The translations under genes were made by a program, and so were the position numbers. A model generated the notes under the pieces. It worked only from the letters and a program-made list of their open reading frames with translations, had not been told where the DNA came from and made no database searches. From the NCBI GenBank assembly GCA_051362555.1, contig CM120644.1, positions 1,868,954-1,932,953 on the forward strand: DNA of 64,000 nucleotides. Reading direction: 5' to 3'. How positions within the stretch are numbered: position 1 is the first letter of the stretch; each line of letters opens with the position of its first letter. Shown here in pieces: positions 9,435 to 21,030 of this stretch. The stretch comes from Lingula anatina. Lineage: Eukaryota > Animalia > Brachiopoda.

Positions 9435-10196
9435 TCAATATATGTTGAATAAAGATAGTTTAGATTTTACTACATTTCCCGAATTCCTCTGAGTTGGCCG
9501 GGGAGCTAGTTTAGTTTTTGCTACATGTCCCGAGCCCATCTGAGTTGAACTGGAAGAAGTGTCCAACGACATAATCTGGTTGCGCCGCTTTACGTTTGAG
9601 ATGTTATTTAGTGGTACATTAAGACGTTTCAAACCCTTTAAAAATACAGTAAGCCCTGGCGGTTCGTAATTCCTACGGGGTACATACAGATCGTTAAACA
9701 AATCTACTACATTGCTTCCTTCGTACACTCTACCATTGTATTTCAACTCCCCTTGATCATTATACGACAGCACATTAGGTTGGTTAGACATGTATCTCAA
9801 AATTACGTTAGCTTTGCGACGCACACGCTGTGGTATTGCATCTAATATCTCGGCTTTAAGATGTAATACAGATCCAGCCTCTGACTTGACGGTGGGGGTT
9901 GCGGTTGCGTCAGCGGTGTCAACTCCAAGTTGTGCTTCTAATGGTTGTGACGAATTGTGCACAACAACTGCAACCGGTTCGCGTTTCCTCGCTTTACTCA
10001 GATATTGACTTTGAAGATCGTTGTAGATACTCATTTTTTCATCGAATGGTACATCGGTCCTTTGCAAGGTTTTCTTCATTTCATTTTCTAAACGTAGTGT
10101 TTCTTCGACAAAGGGGGAATAATTAGCGCTTACTCTCTGTTTCAAAGCATTCAGTTCGTTCTCGTTGATTAAGACCATTTTATTGAAGCCTGCCAT
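9435..10196 (-). CDS. Conserved Polinton hypothetical protein (253 aa)
   Basis: ATG ORF. LENEMKKTLQR.D...DEK..Y and GEL.YNG....GSNVVDL patterns resemble unassigned Polinton ORFs. Confidence 0.75.
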   Translation of the reverse strand: MAGFNKMVLINENELNALKQRVSANYSPFVEETLRLENEMKKTLQRTDVPFDEKMSIYNDLQSQYLSKARKREPVAVVVHNSSQPLEAQLGVDTADATATPTVKSEAGSVLHLKAEILDAIPQRVRRKANVILRYMSNQPNVLSYNDQGELKYNGRVYEGSNVVDLFNDLYVPRRNYEPPGLTVFLKGLKRLNVPLNNISNVKRRNQIMSLDTSSSSTQMGSGHVAKTKLAPRPTQRNSGNVVKSKLSLFNIY

Positions 10197-10503
10197 TTCT
10201 TGTTATCGGTTTTAGAATTGCCTTAACTGCACCCGGATTCCGTATCAAAATTATTTTTTTCCGCTGAATGGACACTTGTTTGGAAGCCAGCTGAACGATG
10301 ACGCGTTTAACCCTCCGTAATGCCGATTTTTCTGTCGCAGTCAGGGTAATATTTGTATTATATAATAGATTAGATGCGTAGTTACAGATAATTCTAACAA
10401 GATCGTAGGGTGAATTCTTAACAACGGCAGTTATCAATTTCTTGTCGGCTATGGAAAGCAAACTGACATGAGCATTGAATAACTTTTCTGTCTCAACTTT
10501 CAT
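10180..10503 (-). CDS. Small basic conserved Polinton protein (PW-like, 107 aa)
   Basis: ATG ORF next to the ATPase, with pattern NLLY..NITLT..EK..L...K..I..LA.......KK.IL. Confidence 0.65.
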   Translation of the reverse strand: MKVETEKLFNAHVSLLSIADKKLITAVVKNSPYDLVRIICNYASNLLYNTNITLTATEKSALRRVKRVIVQLASKQVSIQRKKIILIRNPGAVKAILKPITRNGRLQ

Positions 10504-10533
10504 GATACACCGCAGCGATGAAAATATGTTCAG

Positions 10534-11205
10534 TCATTTACATGTGTATGCGTAATGCGTTTCTCCGGGAAAGATATTGGTGCGCAGACGAATGCAATCC
10601 GCAGTGTTCTGTCTGAGGTCTATGAGTAAATAGCTATGGGCACTGGATGTGGCGTCTTTATAAACATTTATAAACGATTTTAGATCGTTGGGATACATTT
10701 GCATTCCTAGTGTTTTGACTTGCAGGGAGTCACGGGGGTTTTTAAAAAGAACCAAATAATGACAGTTCAACGATATGGTTCGCGCGTGCTTTTCTTTGGG
10801 AAATAAATTTTGTACAATCAATACTACACTGATGTTACGATGGTGAGAGCCTTTTGTGAATAGGTCACGGATCCGGGCATCGTCGCTACATTCGGCAAAA
10901 AGATCATCGAGTACTATTAGATTATTTAATTGAGAATCAAAAAAGGTGGCGTCGGTTAAGTCGGTCGGAATACCTTTAAAGAATGTTACTGTGTCAGGGT
11001 GCTCACTCTGCATTTCATCAAACAAGGGCTGCCAAATATCGTAACAATATATTATCTTTTGTGGCGACGGTGAAATCATTGTATCGGCATTTGATAATAG
11101 CCTTTTAATCCATACTGTTTTTCCTGAACCAGTGGGCCCTGCTAAAAGAGCAGTGAAAGGGTGTTTTAGATGTGTATCGTACATGTCCAAAAACGTAATT
11201 GGCAT
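10534..11205 (-). CDS. A32/FtsK-like genome-packaging ATPase (223 aa)
   Basis: Walker A GPTGSGKT, Walker B LIVLDD, FTKGSHHRNISV..IVQN and RTISLN.HY.VLFKNPRD. TATAAA lies about 30 nt upstream on the minus strand. Confidence 0.95.
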   Translation of the reverse strand: MPITFLDMYDTHLKHPFTALLAGPTGSGKTVWIKRLLSNADTMISPSPQKIIYCYDIWQPLFDEMQSEHPDTVTFFKGIPTDLTDATFFDSQLNNLIVLDDLFAECSDDARIRDLFTKGSHHRNISVVLIVQNLFPKEKHARTISLNCHYLVLFKNPRDSLQVKTLGMQMYPNDLKSFINVYKDATSSAHSYLLIDLRQNTADCIRLRTNIFPGETHYAYTCK

Positions 11206-11510
11206 TTATCGGCTTGACGGGTTTACTTTATAACTTTTATCACGTGTTATACACAAATGATATATTATTTCCTATGGCGAAAAGTGATAAAAATTGCAGT
11301 AACATTGATAACCGTTTTTCATTTTCAAGCTAAAGTTCGTAAGTTCGGGGGAGGGTACTTAGTGACACGGTGCATTCAGTTCTCATGCATCGTACACAAA
11401 GAGGCAATCGCCATTAATATTAATGTGTGCTGTTTCGTCTCTATGGGCCATTCAATAGCGTGTGATTGTGCTTGTGCACATTCTTTTGTGAAGAGATTAC
11501 GTTGAGAGCG

Positions 11511-11930
11511 ACATTGAAAGTACTAAAGAGACTGGTGTTGTTTCTGTACACGGGGGGTACAATAGAAGACCACAGCACGTACATTATTAACAACGTTTTC
11601 CCCCGAAGACGATATTATTGATAGTATTCGATTTGTACGGCAGGTACATTATTAACAACATTTCCCACGAAGACGATATTATTGATAGTATTTGATTTGT
11701 GTTATGTACTACTACATTTTATTGAGTGCAACGCTGTGTGACTATGTAATGAAATTTAAACGCGTATCAATCGATACAATAGAACAACTGTAGTCACACC
11801 CATGCGTGTTGTTGTAAGGGATTACATCAAGAGAGTGGCATTGAAATTATAAGAGGCTGGTGTTGATTCTGTGAACAGGGAGGACAATATAAGGCCAGGG
11901 CATATGAATAATCAACAGCATTTTCTCACG
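11511..11930. repeat. Direct repeats in the divergent ATPase/PolB intergenic region
   Basis: A ~58-bp unit at about 11579-11637 and 11644-11700; a ~90-bp diverged unit at about 11511-11602 and 11838-11930. Confidence 0.7.
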
Positions 11931-12369
11931 GTTGTCACCCTACATTTTCCCGCGAACAACACAATGGTATACGTAATTTTATGTGACGTGGGATATTTTT
12001 ATTGGTTAAAAGTTTTATTTCATTATTCTTAATATTAAACATCCTGGCTTCGGCGTCATTTGAGCATTAGCGTCTGTGGAGGCATGTCGCGGCAATACAT
12101 TGTAGAAGGTCCCATGGAGAGCCAGTGTAGGAGCACACAAAATGTAAGTTACTGAACATTCAGTCAATTTAATTCACGTTAAAATTTTTGTATATATCGT
12201 TAACATTGTGTCTAAAATGTTTAGCTGTCTGAAAACGGGGGACTGATTTGATTTTTTGATCTTTATAGATATCACGCACAGTGGCTATTGCTTGAGCTTG
12301 AGATTTCCTTACCCTCACCCCTTACATTACCCCTCCTTTTATTACATGTGCCTTTAACACTATTTTATC

Positions 12370-15300
12370 ATGGGTGACACAGAGTCTGAGGGATCGGTTT
12401 CTAATTTGTGGGAAGACATGAGTAATGAGGATGATTTATTGAATGCGGAGCATGAGAGTGGTGATGAGTTATGGGCTGATTCAAATGTAACAGACGATCA
12501 GCTGGTAAATCATGTAGATCAGTTCGAAGGTGAACTCGGGATGGGGTTAGATTATAGAAGGTTTTATAATCTGCGACGGGTCAATGAACGGCGCATGAAA
12601 AAATTTTCAACTGTAAACACGGACTATCAGCTCACATTCTCCCATTTAGAAAATAGAAGTTTAAATTCTATGATCCCGTTCCTACGTGAGCTTTTCCAAA
12701 ACATATTTGACGACTTAGTGCAGAACATGCTTCCTCATGATTTGGTCAGAATTGTCTTGCAATCTGACACGTTAGAGTATCCCATATCAATAGCGTTCAC
12801 GAGGGTATCTGAATTTACAGTGGATCTCTTTTTGGACGAATTGATAAGAGTATTACAGTCTCACGAGGAGTTTAGACTTGACGCATCTATTATTTTAACT
12901 GTGTGTCATGTCAGTATGCCACGCCCTGGTGGAGCAAGATTAAAAAGAGGGTCTATGGGTCTGCAGAGCTTTCTCCACGCAAAGCGTTCAGTCATTCAAA
13001 TACGTAACGGGGCGGGAGATCAGTTGTGTTTAGCGCGTGCATTGGTTGTAGCTATGGCCAAAGCAGATAATGACCCCGAATATGCAACAATCGTTGATAA
13101 CCGTTGTCGTGAACAATTAGAAAGAGCCCAAGACTTGCATACAAGAGCTGGAGTACCGTTAGGTCCTTGTGGTGTCCCTGAAATTAAACAGTTTCAGTCA
13201 TATTTGAGTAATTATCAAATATCTGTGTTTTCTGGAGATCACTTTATGAGTTTAATTCATAAAGGACCTTCAGCTTTGAAGGAGCTGTTTTTATTTTATC
13301 ATAAGGGGCATTATGATGTCATAACTTCGATAACAGGTTTCATGGGTAGAGCGTACTATTGTACGGAATGCAATATAGGTTTTGATCACATGGGTGACCA
13401 TTCGTGCGAAAAATATTGCGAGAGGTGTAAAAAGGATTCGTCATGCAAGTTTGAAAATTGGCGTCATTGCGATCAGTGTAGCAGAAATTTCCTCTCTGAC
13501 AGCTGTTTTAGAAATCATACACTTGTACCCGAACAAGGTAAATGGTCAACCTGCCGACGATTTACTCTTTGTAAAAAGTGCACTAAATTTGTCGATCATA
13601 AAAGGGAAGAAAAACATGTGTGTTACACTTACAAGTGCAAGTCATGTAATAAGTACGTCAAAGACGGTCACTTATGTTACATGCAAATTGATAGAGATGA
13701 CCTTGGTGAGGATGATGACGATTTACTTATGTATATCGATGAGAATCCTGCTGCCAATTTCATTGGTAAGTTTAAACCTGGTTCAAAACGCCCTTTCATA
13801 TTTTTTGATTTTGAAGCGCAGCCATCGCATGTTCATACCCCTAATCTAGTGGTTGCTCACAGGGTATGTCATCACTGTCTAAATTTAGACGTAACCCCCA
13901 CTAGTACATGTGAGCTATGTGGCAAAAATGAACATGTGTTTAAGGGGCCGTCGTGTGTTGATGAATTTTGCAAATGGGTATTTGAAGATCAGAGTTTTGA
14001 ACGTGCACAAGGTAAAAGGAAAAGGAAAGGAAAAAACAAAGGAGGTCGCAGTAAACGAATGAATCCTGGAGCATCGTTATGTTTTGATGGTGCTGATTAT
14101 GAATGTGAGAATGACGAGGAGGATATGATCATACATAATGGGGCTATATTGTTGGCACACAACATGTCTGGTTATGATGGTTTTTTCCTCTTAAAATGGC
14201 TCAAAGACCAATGTATCGTTCCTGAGGTGATATTACGGGGCGCCAAGGTGCTTTCTATTAAGGTGGGCGATATAACCGTTATTGATTCTTACAGCTTCCT
14301 CCCCATGGCACTCAACAAACTTCCCGCTGCATTTGGTCTAGATGAATCCCTGTCAAAGGGCTACTTCCCCCACTTCTTTAATACCCCTGAAAACCAAGAC
14401 TATAGGGGTAAAATGCCCGCCACTAATTTCTATGGCTCTGATTCAATGTCTACCGGTGCGAGAGAAAAATTTTTGGCATGGTACAATGATCAGGTTAGTC
14501 AAAACTATATATTTGATTTCCAAAAGGAAATACTCATATACTGCCGCATGGACGTCACCATTCTTCGGCAAGCATGTCTCCGATTCAGGAAATTGATGCT
14601 TGATATAACAGTTGCGAATGGTGTGGAAATTGATGTTTTTTACAGATCTATCACTATAGCCAGCGCATGCAATGTTGTGTTCAGATCTTTATTTCTTATG
14701 CAAAACACGATCGGCATTATTCCAGCACAGGGGTATAAGCCGAAAAACAAAACGTCCGTGAAAGCAGCTAAATGGTTGCGGTATAGGGCGGAGCGTGACA
14801 ATGTCTTTATACAGCATGCTCATAATCAGGGAGAAAAGAAAATAGGAAAGTTTGTCGTTGATGGTTGGGCGTCAACAACTAACACTGTCTACGAGTATCA
14901 GGGGTGTTTTTGGCATGGGTGTCCAAAATGTTACAACAGTTACAATATCAACAATGTCAATTTGATGACAATGGGTGAGTTGTTAGAAAGGACGGTGGAT
15001 AAGAAGCATGCGCTTCAGTCTTTAGGTTTCAACTACATAGAGGTATGGGAGTGTGAGTTTGACAGGGTCATACGGGAGGATGCTGGCGTGAAAGAAATAG
15101 TGGATAGCGTGAACGTTGTCGATTGTATTGATCCTCGTGAAGCCTTTTACGGGGGCAGGACGAACGCAGTCAAGCTTTTTTGTCAGGCAGATCAGGGACA
15201 GAAAATACGTTACATTGACGTGTGTAGTCTATATCCCTATGTCAACAAATACAAACCATACCCCCTCTGTCACCCCACCATCATAACCGAAAACTTTGGT

Positions 15301-16763
15301 CCTCTTAGCGAGTATGAAGGTTTAGTCAAATGTACTATTCTTCCTCCTCACGGCCTTTACCATCCTGTCCTTCCCTATAGATCACAAGGGAAACTAACAT
15401 TTCCTCTTTGTCGCACATGCGCTGACACACTGCAGCAGTCACGGTGTGAGCATAATGACGAAGAGCGTTGTATGACAGGTACATGGGTTACGGTCGAGTT
15501 AAAAAAGGCCGTTTCCAAGGGCTATGTGATTAAACAAATGCACGAGGTCTGGCATTATGATCATGTTAGCGAATACAACCCAATCACCAAAACGGGGGGT
15601 CTTTTCTCTGACTATATCAATACATTTCTCAAGCTCAAACAAGAGGCCAGCGGCTATCCACCAGAGTGCACGACACCACAGCTCAAAAGAGACTACATTG
15701 CTTCCTACTTCACCAAAGAGGGCATTCGACTAGACCCTAACCAAATTAAGAAGAACCCAGGTCTGAGGGCTTTGTCTAAACTGATGCTTAACAGCTTTTG
15801 GGGTACGTATAAACAGAGGTAGCATTCATTTATTACATACACTATGTCTGAGGTTCACGCATGATTCCAATATTTGTATTTGTCATTCACCGTAAATAAT
15901 GGTAATAACATCGTACGTACATTTGCATATTACATCTGTCCTTGATGCTTTATTATGTTTACACCTTGTTTATTCACATCATACAATATTACAGTACTTC
16001 TCATCCGTGCATTTTCACTATCCTTACTCGCATAGTTATGTTATTATTTTTTATGTTTGTTATTTCAGGCAAATTCGGTCAACGAATGAACATGACACAG
16101 TCCGAATACGTCACCGAGGTGGACGAGTACTTTGCACTGCTGTTGAACAAATCCGTCGATGTCACCAACGTGATGTTTTTAACCGATGATATGGTGGAGG
16201 TACACTACAAACACCAATCTGAGTTTAATGAATGCTCCGATAAGACCAACGTCGTCATAGCCGCGTACACCACCGCCCACGCTCGTATGGTTCTTTACAG
16301 CGCCATAGAGGTCCTGGATCGAAACGTTCTTTACTTTGACACGGACTCAATCATCTTCCTGGACGATGGCAGTGCACAAACCAACGCCTACCTAAATACC
16401 ATCATGGGCAGCTACCTCGGCGACTTCACCGATGAGCTAGATGAGGGGGACCACATCACCACCTTCGTGTCGGGCGGGCCGAAAAACTACGCATACGTTA
16501 CCGCAAAGGGAAAGACAATTTGTAAAGTGAGGGGTATCTCACTGAATTATGAAACCTCACAAATAGTGAACTATGAGACTTTACGTAACATGGTACACGG
16601 TATAGGTCCGAAAGAGGTGTCAACAACTACACATCATAAAATTGTGCGAGACACTCTGAATAAAGAACTGCTCTCTAAAAGGGAGGATAAAGTTTACCGG
16701 GTTGTGTACACTAAACGTGTCATTCAGCAAGACTCATTTGATACACTACCATACGGCTATTAA
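12370..16763 (+). CDS. polB: Protein-primed family B DNA polymerase, two exons (12370-15802 + 16069-16763; about 1375 aa)
   Basis: Exonuclease motifs FFDFE, AHNMSGYD, YCRMDV; VSR-like insert VDG....VYEYQGCFWHGC; motif A DVCSLYP; motif B KLMLNSFW-G-KFGQ restored by GT-AG intron 15803-16068; motif C YFDTDS; PKNY. Confidence 0.93.
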
Positions 16764-17082
16764 CTTTCATAAATTGCCGAGTAGTGTTGTTTATATATTT
16801 ATCATTTTTCATTTTGTTGTACATACATTGTTTTGCTGTTTTAATCTGTACATGTAATTGATAGATTCACTATACTCACTTTGCACTGCATTATGCTTAA
16901 TTATTATCTTTTAGTAAATTAGACATTTATGTACATTGTTTTAATGTTTTAATGTGTATATACAACTGTTCACTATGATCAACTTACAATGCAATTATGT
17001 ATTTCAATAAAATCATGTTTTATTTACAAATTTACTTGTTTACTACTACATTGTGCCTTTTTCCTTAGTAATTCTTTAAAAT

Positions 17083-17299
17083 CTCCTACATGCCCAGGCC
17101 CGTTCTGTGACGTCATCCGTTACCATAGTGAAACGTAAACAAAAATAGGGAGTCTCGTTTGTTTACATTAAAAAAATTGTTTGTTTATTTTGTAAACATC
17201 CCCATTGTCCGGTATAGGTTTTCCATTGTTCAAATGATGTAACATAACAAAAGAAAAAAATGGAATTCTTTTCTCCCGTATAGTACGGATGTAACTACT
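17083..17299 (-). repeat. Polinton right terminal inverted repeat
   Basis: Reverse complement of 3104-3320. Confidence 0.95.
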
Positions 17300-17764
17300 G
17301 ACAGGCCTGGAATTGTCTCACATCCGGGACTTCTGACATTTGCGAGATTTCTCGCGAGACGAGATTGAAACTTTCCAGTGACCAATATCGATTTGTGCTA
17401 GTATAAACAGAAAAGAAAAAAGGGAAGTTAATTTAAGAAATGAAAAAAACAAAATTTATCGAGATAATGTTGATGTAATTGACGTTTCTGAAGTAAATTC
17501 AAATGACAGTTTTATATGGCGAAATATCCAATGACATGACATCTTTCATCTTTTTCAAAATGAATTTTATAAGAATGGCAGGATCTCAAGAAAAAAACTA
17601 TTAGAACATGTGGCACTTATTTTGTTAAATGAACCAAGATGTGTACGTAAAAAATCGTAAATGAAATTCTTGCTGTGATTGTAAAGGTTTTAAATGGTCT
17701 TTAGGTTTCTGTGTTGCTGCCTTTAACGGGTTCATTATTGTGAAAGAAAATAATGTTTCAATTT

Positions 17765-18739
17765 CAGGCCTTCCCAACTACCAGACTCGGCACCTACGGG
17801 TCCAGAATAAACCGGCATATCTGACCATACTACCCGTTTTCAAGGTGTGTGTCAGATCGCATAAAAGAGTATCATACCCTATCACAAATTCTGTAAGCCT
17901 ACCTGTCATCCGGGTATCGCGCCTCGTTTTCGTCAAGTAGGAGTCGTATGAATACAACAGACGACTCCCTCAATCAGGGGGTGGAAACGCGCTACTTAGC
18001 CTATGTGATTAAGACGAGCCTAGCCGTCAGTACCGGTTATTATTTTGTGACCTTGAGGAGCAATTAGGTTTGGTCGTTGCGGCACGCATGAACAGTAGTT
18101 GAACTACCACACCTGGGTCTTTTGTTTTTGACAACTGTTCACTCGTCATCGAGGCGCTTGTTCAAGACTACAGGCTGATATCTACTAGTACTACCAGTGG
18201 CTTCATTAGTAACGTTCCCACAATACTTAAGTTTTCTGTCCGTGCGTACAAACCCTGAAAAAGGACAGCCTCGCTGACGAGAACAATGGACGTTTCTCAC
18301 CCCTCTCTAGGATTACCCCTGCCCTCAATCTCGTCCATCCCGGTAGTCATGAAAATATTTAACCCCCGACAGAATATGCTTCCGCTATCAAAATTAGGTC
18401 TACTTTTCTAAATTAATATATAAGTTTGCAAGTTCTTATTTACAAAACATCATTGGCTATGTCCGAACCTAAATTTTATGTTAAAAATTGCGGTAGGCCT
18501 ACTGTCAGATTTTAGCATAAACAGAGAAAATTGCAGCAGCGCATGAATCTAGATGAGATGCACTACTTTCCAACCCCGCTTAGGATCATTGCTATCACAT
18601 CGCCCACCAGGCAAAATCGGTGTGGTGGCTGATACTCTGTAATGCGATCTGACACACACCTTGAAAACGGGTAGTGTGGTCTGATTAACCGGTTTAAACT
18701 GGACCCGTAGGTGCCGAGTCTGGTAGTTGGGAAGGCCTG
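17765..18739. mobile_element. Non-autonomous DNA transposon (about 975 bp) with ~95-bp imperfect TIRs
   Basis: CAGGCCTTCCCAACTACCAGACTCGGCACC ... GGTGCCGAGTCTGGTAGTTGGGAAGGCCTG. Absent at the paralogous sites (about 35845 and 59292); apparent duplication AATTT. Confidence 0.8.
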
Positions 18740-19502
18740 AATTTCATTTTGTTGAATATTTTTTTGCTCGGGTATACCGTAATCACAGATTGTTATGTGT
18801 CATGGCTGCCGGGCTGTTGTCCACTCGACACAATTTTTGCGCTGTCGCCATCTTCTGTAATTCTATATACAGCATGTACTTGTATACGCGTGATAATCTT
18901 CAAATCAACAGGCGGACTAACTCTGGCCCCTTTGCCACCCCAACAGTTGGAGAGAAAACAAACCTAAACAAACGGAACAATATTTTCTACACTTAGTCTC
19001 CCATTTTTAATATATGCTATTATTGGAATTATTCAACAAATTCTTTCTGTAGGCCCTGTGTTTTTCACAAAGTTGAAAATAAGGGTGCACATCTGTCTGT
19101 TTTGTTGCACTTGCACACTTGATAAAACATCTCAAACGAGATAGGATGAGCTTCTCAGCCCCCATTTCCATAGAATAGGGGGCTAACTTGTCAAATATGG
19201 CGACCCACTACAAAGCTTGCCGTCTAATCCGCTAATAGACGCTGAATAGATATCCCGTGGGGAAGTATTCAAGTGGGTCGGCCATTTTTTACCCTTGGAC
19301 AAATTAGTCCACTGTTCTTTATGTGGCCATAGTCACCATCGGTCTACAAAGCAATTCTGCGGGGACTCACATTGCCTGAAATTAGCTTAACAGATTAACA
19401 TGCCCCCTCTCGGCGTTAAGTAGAATACAGAAATGCTGGTGATTATTCGAGTACATATGAAACAAGAGGAGGAGTGTCATTCAGCGTAGCTGATTGTTCT
19501 TA

Positions 19503-19940
19503 GACCCCATTCCAAGAGATTAGATCGATCCAAACTAGATCGACCTAACTCCCTGGGGGTTCACGCTAAATAGCTGTCAGCCGAGCGGGCACGAAAGTTA
19601 ACTAAACCCATACAGCTTGTAGTACATGTAGGCGGGACGGACATTTAAGCCGGATTATCTGACAGCAATCTAGTGAGACTCCCCACGGGGATAGATCGAT
19701 CTAAATGTTTGGGAATACGCCCTTGGACCCCATTCCCAGAGATTAGATTGATCCAAACTAGATCGATCTAACTCCCTGGGGGTTCACGCTAAATTGATGT
19801 CAGCCGAGCGCGCACGGTAGTCAATTACCCCCTTACAGCTTGTAGTGGGCGGGACAGACATTTAAGCTGGCTAAGCTGACAGTAATCTAGTTAGACTCCC
19901 CACGGGGAAAGATCGATCTAAAATCTGTGGGAATGGGGTA
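19503..19940. mobile_element. Tandem pair of ~220-bp MITEs (Harbinger-like, TTA flanks)
   Basis: Two similar units start ACCCCATTCC..GAGATTAGAT.GATCC at about 19503 and 19726; the second ends GGGAATGGGGT (inverted terminus). Confidence 0.6.
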
Positions 19941-20899
19941 TTAGTGAGAGTCCCGCATAGTTGGGTCGATCCATTTAGACCGATGATGTCCATGAAAATG
20001 GAGTCTTTATTTCATTTGTGGAAATAGTTTACATACTGTATATGAACACCACAAGGCAAACAAAATCTCTGGTGTTGACAAAAACCGGATCTTCACAGTC
20101 GAACGAAATATATAGTAAACCGCAATGGTAGACGTTTTTTATCGCTTTGAAATCCAGGTTAGAGAAACAAATGAAAAAACTGCCGTCCAAAATAAGGACA
20201 AAGACAAGGCGGTGACAGGCAGCTTAAGTAGGAAGTTATGACAGAGATAAGATCGGTTGGGTGTATATGTTTATCTTTGTAACCCACATGCACAAAAATA
20301 TACCCCAACTCACATGAAACAGTCTCTCAGGGCCTGTGCGCAAAACAGACATTTTCCAAGACCTGGGGCTATCTGGCTTTCTAAAATCCAGTCGTCTTAG
20401 GCTAAGGCCCACCAAACAAGTGAAAATATATATTTATTAACAGGTGATCATGAAAGGTGCACTCCATGGGTTTGAAAATCTCGCAAGTGTTTATTTTTGC
20501 CTTCCACGGCTTTTAGTAAAAACCTTAAAAAACAATTAAACCCCTTAAACAAATTTTCTGGGGCGTACCTGATGTTTATACATCTTAAGAAGGTGCTCGA
20601 TGGTTATAAAGACTGGCCAGTTATTTTAAACTAAATCAACCTTTATAAATTTAATTTAAGATCGAATTCAAGTGCAGAGAGGGATGGATATAAGATTCGT
20701 GAGTAAGAGAAAATTGGTTATTTTCCCGGCAAAATCCATTTGGAGGGAAGATTCCAAGGTGTTGCCCTTAAATAAATACTCTTTGCATTAAAATTTATCT
20801 GACATTACGTATGTTATTAAAAGAAAATCGACCATTATCAAAGGCTGCGGATTAGTATAAACCAGTGACTGTCAAGTCATTCCGGATAAAGACAAGGAT

Positions 20900-20945
20900 C
20901 CACCAATCAGGAGTGAGAGGTCAAAGATAACGTTTATTTATAAAC
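20900..20945 (+). promoter_or_regulatory. Putative ACS promoter (CCAAT + TATA)
   Basis: CACCAATCAG at about 20901 and TTTATAAA at about 20937. The same arrangement precedes copies B (about 37861) and C (about 62662). Confidence 0.5.
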
Positions 20946-21030
20946 TATATTTATTACAGCGGTGTGTATAGAGTGTATATGTGTCAGTGTCTATTCACGA
21001 GTACGTCTGTCTGGCATTGCGAGAGGAAGG

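Larger units (their letters stand above)
3104..17299 (+). mobile_element. Polinton/Maverick (adintovirus-like endogenous dsDNA virus), full length, 14,196 bp
   Basis: AGTAGT...ACTACT termini, 217-bp TIRs and a 6-bp TSD GACAGG (3098-3103 and 17300-17305). The empty site GACAAGACAGGCCTGG is in paralog A (about 35291). It carries the canonical gene set: integrase, minor and major capsid, protease, ATPase, pPolB. Confidence 0.97.

Noticed and set aside
13382-14596. Alternative-frame ORFs inside PolB
   Set aside because: Non-ATG or short, with no recognisable motifs.
15899-16068. Hydrophobic N-terminus of the 273-aa ORF as a separate membrane protein
   Set aside because: It is the T-rich intron read in frame; the coding part starts at 16069.
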